Shown in pieces: positions 46,445 to 55,245 of a stretch of 64,000 nucleotides of DNA. The position numbers were made by a program, and so were the translations under genes. The stretch covers positions 176,602-240,601 of the forward strand of contig DATMMX010000012.1 of the NCBI GenBank assembly GCA_035569495.1, read 5' to 3'. The DNA is from Candidatus Angelobacter sp. (GTDB lineage Bacteria > Chloroflexota > Dormibacteria > Aeolococcales > Aeolococcaceae). The notes below the pieces were generated by a model. It was given only the letters and a program-made list of their open reading frames with translations, was not told the origin of the DNA and searched no databases. Positions within the stretch are counted from its first letter, which is position 1. The number at the start of each line of letters is the position of its first letter.

Positions 46445-46929
46445 GCGCGAGCTCCTGTGATCGCTTCCAATCGAGTCTGCAGCCGCCGGGCCGCGTCGTT
46501 GCCGCGCGCCACCACCAGCACGGTGTCGTCGCCCGCGACGGTTCCCGCCACCTCCTCGAAGTGTGCCTGGTCGATGGCCGCGGCCACCAGCGGCGCGGTG
46601 CTCGGCCGCGTTCGCAGCACCCCGAGATGCCCGACGAACTCGACGCCGCGCACGTGCTCGCGCATCGCGCTGCGCAGCCGCGTCGAGATGCCGGTGGGAT
46701 CGGCGTCGGCGGCGGTGGCGACGTAGCGCAGCCCGTCGCCGTCGGGAACGCGCATCAGCGCCAGCTCGCGCACGTCGCGCGAGACGGTCGCCTGAGTCAC
46801 GTCGAGGCGCAGCCCGCGCAGGGCGTCGACCAATTCGTCCTGGGTGCGGATGGGATGGGCGCGCACTAGGTCGAGGATGGCGCGATGCCGCTCCGCCTTG
46901 GTGGGCGCCCGCCGAGCGGCCGTGGCCAT
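46441..46929 (-). CDS. argR: Arginine repressor
   Basis: Internal start MATAARRAPTKAERHRAILDLVRAHPIRTQDELVDALRGLRLDVTQATVSRDVREL (wHTH). C-terminal oligomerisation/arginine-binding domain GDDTVLVV. The ORF to 47511 is an over-extension. Confidence 0.85.
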   Translation of the reverse strand: MATAARRAPTKAERHRAILDLVRAHPIRTQDELVDALRGLRLDVTQATVSRDVRELALMRVPDGDGLRYVATAADADPTGISTRLRSAMREHVRGVEFVGHLGVLRTRPSTAPLVAAAIDQAHFEEVAGTVAGDDTVLVVARGNDAARRLQTRLEAITGARA

Positions 46930-46937
46930 CGCCGGGC

Positions 46938-48167
46938 TCACGCGCCCCCCTCGGTCATGGCCAGGTCGATGGCGGCGCCGATGCGACGCACCGCCTCGTC
47001 GGCCTGATCGGTGGTGAGGATCAGCGGCGGCACCATGCGCAGCACGCGATTGCCCACCGCGTTGACGATCACGCCCGTGTCCAGCCCGGCACGCACCACC
47101 CGCGGTGCGATGTCCTCCGACAGGACCAGCGCGACCATGAGGCCGCGACCGCGCACCGACTCGATGGGTCTGCCGCCGTCGCGCAACGCCAGCAGCGCGC
47201 GCTGCAGGTGGGCGCCAACACGCTCGGCGTTGGCGATCAATCCCTGCTGCTCGATGGCGCGCATCACCGCGACACCGACCGCGCTGGCCAGCGGGTTGCC
47301 GCCAAAGGTGGTGCCGTGGTCGCCCGGTTCGAGCACGTCGGCCCGTGGCGCGGCGAGCACGGCGCCGATGGGGACGCCGCCGCCGAGTCCCTTGGCGACG
47401 GTCATCAGGTCGGGCGCCACGCCGGTGTGCTGATGCGCCCACCAGCGGCCCGTGCGCCCCATGCCGGTCTGCACCTCGTCGAGGATGAACAGCATGTCGC
47501 GCTCGTCGCACAGCGCACGCAGGGCGCGCATGGTCTCGTCGCGCATCGGCACCACGCCGCTCTCGCCCTGCACCGGCTCCATCAGCACGGCGACGGTGCG
47601 GTCGTCCACCGCGTCGCGCACCGCGTCCACGTCGTCGAACGGGACGTGCACGAAGCCCTCTGGCATCGGCTCGAACGGCTGCTGGTACCTGGGCGTTCCC
47701 GTTGCCGCCAGCGAACCCAGCGTCCGGCCGTGGAAGGCGTTGTGGGCGACGACGATCTTGAAGGCGCCGTCACGCCGCTTCTGCCCCCACTTGCGGGCGA
47801 TCTTGATCGCCGCCTCGTTGGCCTCGGCGCCGCTGTTGCAGAAGAACACGCGCGACGGGAAGCTCGACTCCACCAGCAGCCTGGCCAGCTCGATCTGCGG
47901 CAGCGTGTAGTACAGGTTGCTTGTGTGGATCAGCTCCGACGACTGGTGCTCCAGCGCGGCGCGCACCGCCGGGGCCGCGTGGCCGAGCACGTTGACGGCG
48001 ATGCCGCCGACCAGGTCGATGTGCTCGCGACCCTCGGTGTCGGTGACCAGCACGCCGCTGCCGCGCACCAGCGCCACCGGCTGGCGGCCGTAGGTGTGCA
48101 TGACGTACGTCGACTCGTCCTGCTGGATCTGCTGCAGCGCGGTGGTGGTCGACTCCGACGCGCTCAT
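46938..48167 (-). CDS. argD: Acetylornithine aminotransferase
   Basis: 409 aa. Class III PLP aminotransferase with the PLP-lysine context (MTVAKGLGGG) and typical ArgD length and order. Confidence 0.9.
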   Translation of the reverse strand: MSASESTTTALQQIQQDESTYVMHTYGRQPVALVRGSGVLVTDTEGREHIDLVGGIAVNVLGHAAPAVRAALEHQSSELIHTSNLYYTLPQIELARLLVESSFPSRVFFCNSGAEANEAAIKIARKWGQKRRDGAFKIVVAHNAFHGRTLGSLAATGTPRYQQPFEPMPEGFVHVPFDDVDAVRDAVDDRTVAVLMEPVQGESGVVPMRDETMRALRALCDERDMLFILDEVQTGMGRTGRWWAHQHTGVAPDLMTVAKGLGGGVPIGAVLAAPRADVLEPGDHGTTFGGNPLASAVGVAVMRAIEQQGLIANAERVGAHLQRALLALRDGGRPIESVRGRGLMVALVLSEDIAPRVVRAGLDTGVIVNAVGNRVLRMVPPLILTTDQADEAVRRIGAAIDLAMTEGGA

Positions 48168-49054
48168 GCCGGCTGCGCCTCCGCCAGGTTGGGGCGCCGC
48201 AGCATGGTGCCCACGCCGGACTCGGTGAGCAGCTCCAGCAGCAGCGAGTGGGGCACGCGGCCGTCGATGATGTGCACCGCCTCGGTGCCGTCGAGGGCGC
48301 GCAGCGCCGCCATCACCTTGGGAATCATGCCGCCCTGGATGACGCCGCCGCCGATCAGGCGCTGCGCCCGCTCCGCCTCCAATTCGCTGATCAGCGATCC
48401 GTCACCGTCGCGCACGCCGTCGACGTCGGTGAGCAGCATCAGCTTGGTGGCCCGCAGCGCCACCGCCAGCTCGGCGGCGACCGCGTCGGCATTGACGTTG
48501 TAGGCCTGCCCGTCGTAGCCCAACCCGATCGACGCCACCACCGGGATGCGTCCCTGGTCGAGCAGCGCCTCGATGGGCTCGGGGTTGACCTGGACCACGT
48601 CGCCGACGAAGCCGAGGTCCTCCCCCCCTTCGGCCTCGCGCGGCTTGACCAGCAGCGTGGGCCCGTCCTCGCCGGACATGCCGAAGGCCTCGCCGCCGAG
48701 GCGGTTGATGGTTCCCACCAGCTCTGGCCCGATCTTGCCGGTGAGCACCATCTTGGCCAGCTCCATGGTCTGCGCGTCGGTGACGCGAAGGCCGTTGACG
48801 AAGCGGGTCTCGATGCCGACCTTCTTCTGCCAGGCGCTGATCGCCGGGCCGCCGCCGTGCACCAGCACCGGGCGCATGCCGACGAAGCGCATCAGCACCA
48901 CGTCCTGCAGCACCGGCTCGGGGTCGCCGGACTCGATGGCGGCGCCGCCCAGCTTGATGACCACGGTGTGCCCGAAGAAGCGCTTGATGTAGGGCAGCGC
49001 CTCGACGAGGACCTCCGCGCGGCGGATGCGTTCCTCGATGCTCTCGACAGCCAT
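48164..49054 (-). CDS. argB: Acetylglutamate kinase
   Basis: 296 aa. Amino-acid kinase family with VVIKLGGAA and VHGGGP motifs. Confidence 0.9.
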   Translation of the reverse strand: MAVESIEERIRRAEVLVEALPYIKRFFGHTVVIKLGGAAIESGDPEPVLQDVVLMRFVGMRPVLVHGGGPAISAWQKKVGIETRFVNGLRVTDAQTMELAKMVLTGKIGPELVGTINRLGGEAFGMSGEDGPTLLVKPREAEGGEDLGFVGDVVQVNPEPIEALLDQGRIPVVASIGLGYDGQAYNVNADAVAAELAVALRATKLMLLTDVDGVRDGDGSLISELEAERAQRLIGGGVIQGGMIPKVMAALRALDGTEAVHIIDGRVPHSLLLELLTESGVGTMLRRPNLAEAQPA

Positions 49055-49063
49055 CGCGTTCCT

Positions 49064-50311
49064 CTAGGTCGTGTAGTCGGCGTTGATGCGGACGTAGTCC
49101 GCGGACAGGTCGCAGCCCCAGGCGTGCGCGGCGAAGTCGCCGGCGCCGAGCTGCACGGCGATGTCGATGCGCGGCTGCGCGAAGACGGCGCGGATGCGCT
49201 CGGTGTTGGCCACCACCGGGGAGCCGTTCTCGAACACCGGCACGCCGCCGATGGCCACCTGCAGGCGATCCAGGGCGAAGTGCGCACCGCTGCGACCCAG
49301 CGCGGCGACGATGCGCCCCCAGTTGGGATCGCAGCCGTGAATCGCCGTCTTCACCAGGGGCGACTCGGCGACGGTGCGCGCGGCCAGCCGCCCCTGCTCG
49401 CGCGTCTGCGCGCCCTGCACCTCGACGCGGAAGTGCTTGGTGGCGCCCTCGGCGTCGGCGACGAGCTGTTCGGACAGGTCGTCGCACACCTCAAGCACCG
49501 CCGCCTCCAGTGCCGCCAGCTCGGCAGAGCCGTCCAGGAACACCTCGCCACCACCCTGCCCGTTGGCGAGCAGCAGCAGCGTGTCGTTGGTCGAGGTGTC
49601 GCCGTCGACGGTGACGCAGTTGAAGGTCTCGTCGGCGACGCGCGCCAGCAGCGGCTGCAGCGCGCCGGCGGCGACGGGTGCGTCGGTGGTGACCACCGCC
49701 AGCAGCGTCGCCATGTCGGGATGGATCATCCCCGCGCCCTTGGCCATGCCGCCAACCGTGTAGCGGCGGCCGCCCGCCTCGAAGGAGGTGCTCGCCTCCT
49801 TGGGCACGGTGTCGGTGGTCATGATGGCGCGCGCCACGGCGGCGTCACCGCCGGCCGACAGCGCGCCCGCCGCGGCGCGGATGCCACCGACCACCCGGTC
49901 CATTGGCATCGGCCGCCCGATCACCCCGGTGCTGCACACCAGCACCTGCGAGGGGTCGAGGTCGCACGCGTCGCCGGTCGCCTTGCACATCAGCAGCGCG
50001 TCCTTGAAGCCCTGCGCTCCGGTGCAGGCGTTGGCGTTGCCCGAGTTGAGCACCACCGCCTGCACCCCGGGACGGCGCAGCGAGAGCTGCGAGATCACCA
50101 CCGGGGCAGCCTTGACCACGTTGCGGGTGAACACGCCCGCCACCTGGCAGGGGACGTCGCTGCGCACCACGGCGACGTCGAGCCGCTGCAGATCGCCGTC
50201 ACCGCGGATGTGCGCGGCCGCGGCGCCCGCCTGGAAGCCGCGCGGCGCACAGACGCCCTTGCGCGGCGTGTCGACGTGCGCCGCCGCGCTCTGCGGTGCG
50301 CTCACGGCCAT
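49064..50311 (-). CDS. argJ: Bifunctional glutamate N-acetyltransferase / ornithine acetyltransferase
   Basis: Internal start MAVSAPQSAAAHVDTPRKGVCAPRGFQAG. Self-cleavage region ATLLAVVTTDA (T nucleophile). The ORF to 51265 is an over-extension. Confidence 0.9.
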   Translation of the reverse strand: MAVSAPQSAAAHVDTPRKGVCAPRGFQAGAAAAHIRGDGDLQRLDVAVVRSDVPCQVAGVFTRNVVKAAPVVISQLSLRRPGVQAVVLNSGNANACTGAQGFKDALLMCKATGDACDLDPSQVLVCSTGVIGRPMPMDRVVGGIRAAAGALSAGGDAAVARAIMTTDTVPKEASTSFEAGGRRYTVGGMAKGAGMIHPDMATLLAVVTTDAPVAAGALQPLLARVADETFNCVTVDGDTSTNDTLLLLANGQGGGEVFLDGSAELAALEAAVLEVCDDLSEQLVADAEGATKHFRVEVQGAQTREQGRLAARTVAESPLVKTAIHGCDPNWGRIVAALGRSGAHFALDRLQVAIGGVPVFENGSPVVANTERIRAVFAQPRIDIAVQLGAGDFAAHAWGCDLSADYVRINADYTT

Positions 50312-51321
50312 GCCGGGTGCAGCGGGAGACCCGCCGTCTCGTCGAACCCGAAGCGCAGGTTGAGCGCCTGCACGCCCTGTCCCGCGGCGCCCTTGAGCAG
50401 GTTGTCGATGGCGCAGGTGACCACGGCCACGCCGTCCTGCTCCGACACGTTGAGCGCGGCGAGGTTGGTGCCCCACACGCTCTTGGTGGCCGGCGGCTTG
50501 GCGTCGTAGCGCAGGAACGCGCTGCGCGTGCAGAACTCCCGGTACACGTCGCGCACCTGGTCCACACTGACGCCGCCGAGCGGGCGCAGGTACACGGTGG
50601 CGAGGATGCCGCGCGTCATCGGGATCAGGTGGGGCACGAAGGTGAGCCGCACCTCGGATCCGGCGGCGCTGTGCATCTCCTGCAGCATCTCCGCCTTGTG
50701 CCGGTGGCCCTCGACGGCGTAGGCGTGCACCGACTCGTTGACCTCGGCGAAGTGCACCCCGAGCGACGGCGACCGGCCCGCGCCGCTGACCCCGCTCTTG
50801 CAGTCGGCGGTCACGTCCTTCTCCACCACGCCCGCGTGCAGCGCGGGAACTGTGGCCAGCAATACCGCGGTGGGGTAGCAGCCGGGCGCGGCGATCAGGT
50901 CGACGTCGGCGAGGTTGACGCCGGGCAGCTCGGGCAGCGCGTAGACGGCCTCGTCGCAGAGGTCGGGAGCCGGGTGCTCCACTTTGTACCAGCGCTGGTA
51001 GGCGGCCACGTCGCGGAGCCGGAAGTCGGCGCTCATGTCGACCACCACCGCGCCGCGAGAGATCCAGTCGCGGGCGTGGCCGGCGGCGACGGTGTGGGGC
51101 AGGGCGGCGAAGACCACGTCGACCCCCCCGGCGTCGAGCCCGGCGACCAGCTCCATGTCGACGTCGCTGCCCGGCACCACGTCGTTGAAGCGCCTGCCGG
51201 CGTGGGTGTTGGCGAACAGCCGGGCCAGCTCGACGTGGGGGTGGCGGGCGAGCAGCTCGACGCACTGCATGCCGATGTAGCCGGTGGCGCCGGCCACGGC
51301 GGCGCGGAGACGCAGGGTCAT
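50302..51321 (-). CDS. argC: N-acetyl-gamma-glutamyl-phosphate reductase
   Basis: Internal start MTLRLRAAVAGATGYIGMQCVELL with an NAD-binding GATGYIG. Catalytic Cys context APGCYPT. Confidence 0.9.
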   Translation of the reverse strand: MTLRLRAAVAGATGYIGMQCVELLARHPHVELARLFANTHAGRRFNDVVPGSDVDMELVAGLDAGGVDVVFAALPHTVAAGHARDWISRGAVVVDMSADFRLRDVAAYQRWYKVEHPAPDLCDEAVYALPELPGVNLADVDLIAAPGCYPTAVLLATVPALHAGVVEKDVTADCKSGVSGAGRSPSLGVHFAEVNESVHAYAVEGHRHKAEMLQEMHSAAGSEVRLTFVPHLIPMTRGILATVYLRPLGGVSVDQVRDVYREFCTRSAFLRYDAKPPATKSVWGTNLAALNVSEQDGVAVVTCAIDNLLKGAAGQGVQALNLRFGFDETAGLPLHPAWP

Positions 51322-51329
51322 GATCGTGC

Positions 51330-51370
51330 CTTTATACAGGCCCGCTGCATACTTATGCAAGGAGGGGGAC
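51330..51370 (-). promoter_or_regulatory. argC promoter with an ARG-box-like palindrome (TGCATA-CT-TATGCA at 51346..51359)
   Basis: Minus-strand sense reads TTGCATAAGTATGCAgcgggcctgTATAAAggcacgatcATG. A -35-like TTGCAT sits inside the perfect 6-2-6 palindrome, 18 nt from a -10-like TATAAA, about 13 nt before the argC ATG. The ArgR operator is expected here. Confidence 0.5.
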
Positions 51371-51404
51371 CCGCCTCCCCTCAACCCAGAGTGCCCGGGG
51401 AGTC

Positions 51405-52214
51405 TCAGGTGCGCCGGAACCTGGCCACCGCCAGCGGAGCGAACACCGCGACGAACCCCGCGGCCCAGAGCAGCGAGACGGTCACGTACCACCCCGTGCT
51501 GTGGCCGAGCAGCGCCGCCGCCCGCGGCCCCAGGGCGAGCGCGCGCACGGCGTCGACCATCATGGTCACCGGCTGGTACTGGGCGAACGCCTGCAGCCAG
51601 CCCGGCATGGTCTCCACCGGGACGTACGCGCTGGACAGGAAGGTGAGCGGGAACACCAGGAAGCCGATGCCCTGGGCCGCCTGGGGGTTGCCCGCCAGGG
51701 CGCCGAGGGCGATGAACATCCAGAGGAAGGCGAAGCCGAAGACGGCGCAGAGCAGGAACGCGCCCAGCGCGGCGGCGACCGAGCCGTGGAAGCGGAAGCC
51801 GACGGCGAAGCCGATCCCCGCCGTGGCCGCCAGCACCCACACCGTCTGCGCGGTGTCGGACAGGGCGCGTGCCGCCAGCACCGCGCTGCGGGGGATGGGC
51901 AGCGAGCGGAGCCGGTCGATGAAGCCTGTCTGCATGTCCTCGGCGACACCCATCGCCGTCCCCATGCCCGCGTAGAGGACCAGCGTGGCCAGGAAGCCGG
52001 GCACCAGGAAGTCGACGTAGGGCACGCCGGCGATGCCGATGGCGCCGCCGAAGACGTAGCGGTAGATGAGCAGGAAGATGGCGCCCTGCGCGGTCCCCAG
52101 CAGGACCAGCTGCGGGGTCCGCCAGAACTTGAGCAGGCTGCGCCGGGTGATCACCAGGGTGCTCGGCCCCAACCGGGCCGCGGTCCCGAGGGTTTGTGTC
52201 GCTGTTGTCATCAA
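51405..52214 (-). CDS. ABC-2 type transporter permease (DrrB-like)
   Basis: 269 aa, six predicted transmembrane helices. ABC-2 family (ITRRSLLKFWRTPQLVL...). The start overlaps the ATPase stop by 4 nt. Confidence 0.8.
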   Translation of the reverse strand: MMTTATQTLGTAARLGPSTLVITRRSLLKFWRTPQLVLLGTAQGAIFLLIYRYVFGGAIGIAGVPYVDFLVPGFLATLVLYAGMGTAMGVAEDMQTGFIDRLRSLPIPRSAVLAARALSDTAQTVWVLAATAGIGFAVGFRFHGSVAAALGAFLLCAVFGFAFLWMFIALGALAGNPQAAQGIGFLVFPLTFLSSAYVPVETMPGWLQAFAQYQPVTMMVDAVRALALGPRAAALLGHSTGWYVTVSLLWAAGFVAVFAPLAVARFRRT

Positions 52215-53155
52215 CTTGGCTCCTGGATGCCGGTGAGGGTGAGGAACACCTCGTCGAGGGTGGGTGGGCGCAGGGCGATGTCCTCGACCTCGGCGCCCGC
52301 GGCTTCGAGCCGCAAGAGCGCCTCGCGCAGCCGGTCGGCGCCGGCCTCGACGCGGACGCGCACGCGGCGGGTGGCGCCGTCGACCTGCGCCTCGCCGCCG
52401 TCGACGCCGCCGAGGACGGCGGCCACCCGGGGCAGCTCGCCGACGGTGCGCACGTGGACCTCGATGACGCTGCGGCCGACGCGCTGCTTGAGCTCCTGGG
52501 GCGTGCCCGAGGCCACCACCCGGCCGCGGTCGATGATCACCACCCGGCCGGCCAGGTGGTCGGCCTCGTCGAGGTACTGGGTGGTCAGCAGCACGTCGGT
52601 GCCCTCCTGGACCAGGCCGCGGATGGCGTCCCAGAGCTCGATGCGGCTGCGCGGGTCGAGGCCGGTGGTGGGCTCGTCGAGGAGCAGCAGGCGCGGCCGG
52701 CCGACCAGGCTGGCGCCGAGGTCGAGACGGCGCCGCATGCCGCCGGAATAGGTCCGCGCCAGCCGGTCGGCGTCGCCGTCCAGGCCGAGCTGGCCGAGCA
52801 CGCGACGCGCCCCCTCGCGGGCCTGGTTGCGGTTCTGTCCGAAGAGGCGCGCCACCGTCTCCAGGTTCTCGCGCCCGGTCATGGCCGGCTCGACGGCGGC
52901 GTACTGGCCGGCCAGCCCGATGATGCGGCGCACCGCCCGGGGCTCGCGGCTGACGTCGTGGCCGCCGACGCGGAGCACGCCCTCGTCGGGGCGGAGCAGG
53001 GTGGCCACGGCGCGGACGAAGGTCGTCTTGCCCGCGCCGTTGGGGCCGAGCACGGCGACCACCTGGCCGGGCTCGGCGACCAGGTCGAGGCCGTCGAGGG
53101 CGACCGTCCTGCCGAAGCGCTTGCGCAGGCCGGAGGCTTCGATCATCGGTGTCAT
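52211..53155 (-). CDS. ABC transporter ATP-binding protein (DrrA-like)
   Basis: 314 aa. Walker A GPNGAGKTT, signature YSGGMRRRL, Walker B LLLDEPTTGLD. Confidence 0.9.
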   Translation of the reverse strand: MTPMIEASGLRKRFGRTVALDGLDLVAEPGQVVAVLGPNGAGKTTFVRAVATLLRPDEGVLRVGGHDVSREPRAVRRIIGLAGQYAAVEPAMTGRENLETVARLFGQNRNQAREGARRVLGQLGLDGDADRLARTYSGGMRRRLDLGASLVGRPRLLLLDEPTTGLDPRSRIELWDAIRGLVQEGTDVLLTTQYLDEADHLAGRVVIIDRGRVVASGTPQELKQRVGRSVIEVHVRTVGELPRVAAVLGGVDGGEAQVDGATRRVRVRVEAGADRLREALLRLEAAGAEVEDIALRPPTLDEVFLTLTGIQEPS

Positions 53156-53171
53156 GCGGTGGCTCCTGGTG

Positions 53172-53208
53172 TTATCATCTCTCTCACGTAAGTATCTTAC
53201 TATGATAA
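53172..53208. promoter_or_regulatory. Operator-like inverted repeats in the divergent promoter region between the DrrAB-like genes and the MarR-family regulator
   Basis: AT-rich 77-bp intergenic region. Outer dyad TTATCAT(53172..53178)-N23-ATGATAA(53202..53208). Inner perfect dyad GTAAG-TAT-CTTAC (53188..53200). Confidence 0.5.
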
Positions 53209-53232
53209 GAGACTAACAACACTGAGAGGATC

Positions 53233-54333
53233 GTGTCAACCATGAGCAGCACACGTGAGGAGCTGATCGCCGCGCTCACCGGCGAGTGGAACCGGCTGGG
53301 CGCCGAGCTGGTCCTGTTCTCGCAGAGCGTGGCCGAGCGCCTGAAGATCAACGTCACCGACCTGCAGTGCCTGGCCGTGGTGATGAGCGCGGGTCCGATG
53401 ACCGCGGGCCAGCTCGCCGAGGCCACCGGCCTCACCACGGGGGCCATCACCGGCGTCATCGACCGCCTGGAGAAGGCCCGCCTGGTGCAGCGCGAGGACC
53501 ACCCCACCGACCGCCGCCGGGTCATGGTGAGGGCGCTCCCCGGCGACGTCCTGGCCGCCACCGATCCCGTGGTCGGCGCGGTCTTCGCCCGGCTCGCCGC
53601 GGCGGCGACCGAGCAGTACGAGGGCTACAGCGACCGCGAGGTGCAGCTGGTCATCGACGCCCTGGCGCGGGCTCATCCCGTCCTGCTGGAGCAGGTCTCC
53701 CAGCTCCGCGGCGAGCCGTCGCCGGTGCACCACGAGCTCGACGCGCCGCGCGCCGGGGCGACGGTCGGCCGGCTCCTCCTCGCCCCCGGCGTCGGCGAGG
53801 TCACCATCGACGCCGACGCCGCCATGGCCGAGCTCTACCGGGCCCACGCCGAGGGCACGCCGCCGCAGATCGAGGCCGACGGCGGCAACGTCACGGTGCG
53901 GGCGCGCCGCTTCCCGCTGTTCGGCTGGGGCCACCGCAGCCTGCGCCTCACCCTGTCGGCGGCCATCCCCTGGGACATCGAGGTGGCCCAGGGTGCGTAC
54001 CGGCTGACCGCCGAGCTCGGCTCCCTGCGGGTGCGCTCGCTGGCCATCAAGGGCGGGGCGTCACGCCTCGACCTCGCCCTGGGACGGCCCTCGGGCAGGG
54101 TGCCGCTCACCATCACCGGCGGGGCCAGCCAGGTCACCGTGCGCCGGCCGGCCGGCGTGCCCGTCGAGGTGCGGATCAGGGGCGGCGTGTCGAAGACCAG
54201 CGTCGACGGGAACCAGCTCGGACCCGCGGGCGGCAACGTGGTCTGGCGCACCCCCGGCATGCAGGACGGGGCGGATCACTACGCCATCGAGGTGGTCGGC
54301 GGGGTCAGCCGCCTGAGCGTCGAGACGGGCTGA
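53233..54333 (+). CDS. MarR-family transcriptional regulator fused to a C-terminal DUF4097/toastrack-like beta-rich domain
   Basis: N-terminal 150 aa form a MarR wHTH (GPMTAGQLAEATGLTTGAITGVIDRLEKARLVQREDHPTDRRRVMV). The C-terminal 200 aa have repeated beta-strand ladders (VTVRARRF / LRLTLSAAIPWDIEV / LRVRSLAIKGGASRLDLAL / LTITGGASQVTVRRP / VEVRIRGGVSKTSVDG / YAIEVVGGVSRLSVE) as in LiaG/YvlB-type toastrack domains. RBS GAGAGGA. Confidence 0.65.
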   Translation: MSTMSSTREELIAALTGEWNRLGAELVLFSQSVAERLKINVTDLQCLAVVMSAGPMTAGQLAEATGLTTGAITGVIDRLEKARLVQREDHPTDRRRVMVRALPGDVLAATDPVVGAVFARLAAAATEQYEGYSDREVQLVIDALARAHPVLLEQVSQLRGEPSPVHHELDAPRAGATVGRLLLAPGVGEVTIDADAAMAELYRAHAEGTPPQIEADGGNVTVRARRFPLFGWGHRSLRLTLSAAIPWDIEVAQGAYRLTAELGSLRVRSLAIKGGASRLDLALGRPSGRVPLTITGGASQVTVRRPAGVPVEVRIRGGVSKTSVDGNQLGPAGGNVVWRTPGMQDGADHYAIEVVGGVSRLSVETG

Positions 54334-54454
54334 ACCGCCGCGGTGGCGGGCCTGTCGCGCCACTCGCCGGGTGCGCCGGGCTCGACTATGCTCACCAGCC
54401 AGGGCACCGCGCCCACACGGGGGCGCCCGGGAGCGCACCAGGAGACCTGCCGGC

Positions 54455-55237
54455 TTGGACCATCTCCCGCCCGCCGTCGAGCTCGACGCCCTGGGCAAGC
54501 GCTTCGGCGACGTCACCGCCGTGTCCGCCGTCAGCCTGTCGGTCGCGGCGGGCGAGGTCTTCGGCCTGCTCGGCGCCAACGGCGCGGGCAAGACCACCAT
54601 CCTGCGCATGGCCTGCGGGCTGCTGGCGCCGAGCAGCGGCCGGGTCAGCGTCTGCGGCGTCGACGTCTGGGCCGACCCGATGCGCGCCAAGCGGATGCTC
54701 GGCTACCTCGACGAGGAGCCGCTGCTCTACCCCAACCTGACCGGCCGCGAGTTCCTCGACCTGGTCGGCGACCTCTACGCCGTACCCCGCGGCGGCGAGC
54801 GCGAGGAGCGCATCGCCCGGCTGCTCGCGGTGGTCGAGCTGGAGGCCAAGCAGGACGAGCTGATCGCCGGCTACTCGCACGGCATGCGCAACAAGATCGG
54901 CCTCGCCGCGCTGCTGCTCTACGAGCCGCGCGTGCTGCTGCTGGACGAGCCGACAAACGGCCTCGACCCGCGCTCCGCGCGCCGCGTGCGCGACCTGCTG
55001 CGCGACCTCGCCGAGCAGGGCGTCGCGGTAGTGCTGTCGACGCACATCCTCGAAGTGGCGCAGGCGCTGTGCGACCGCATCGCCATCGTCGACCGCGGGC
55101 GCGTCGTCGCCGTGGGCACGCTGGACGAGCTGCGCGCGCGCACCGGCAGCGCGCAGGCGTCGCTGGAGGACCTCTTCCTCGCCCTCACCGGCGGCCCCGA
55201 GGACCGCGCGCTGCTCGACCGGCTGCGCAGCGCCTGA
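54455..55237 (+). CDS. ABC transporter ATP-binding protein
   Basis: Probable TTG start with an upstream GGAGA. Walker A GANGAGKTT, signature YSHGMRNKI, Walker B LLLDEPTNGLD. The ORF from 54371 is an over-extension. Confidence 0.8.
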   Translation: MDHLPPAVELDALGKRFGDVTAVSAVSLSVAAGEVFGLLGANGAGKTTILRMACGLLAPSSGRVSVCGVDVWADPMRAKRMLGYLDEEPLLYPNLTGREFLDLVGDLYAVPRGGEREERIARLLAVVELEAKQDELIAGYSHGMRNKIGLAALLLYEPRVLLLDEPTNGLDPRSARRVRDLLRDLAEQGVAVVLSTHILEVAQALCDRIAIVDRGRVVAVGTLDELRARTGSAQASLEDLFLALTGGPEDRALLDRLRSA

Positions 55238-55245
55238 TCCCTTCG

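Noticed and set aside
51361-51384. GC hairpin GAGGGGG-acccgcct-CCCCTC downstream of the ABC-2 permease as a terminator before argC
   Set aside because: No U-tract follows in the direction of transcription (minus strand). The stem is only about 6 bp. Read-through into argC cannot be excluded.
43702-51975. Long + strand ORFs (530, 646, 753 and 559 aa) across the arg operon
   Set aside because: All are antisense to well-supported arg genes on the minus strand.
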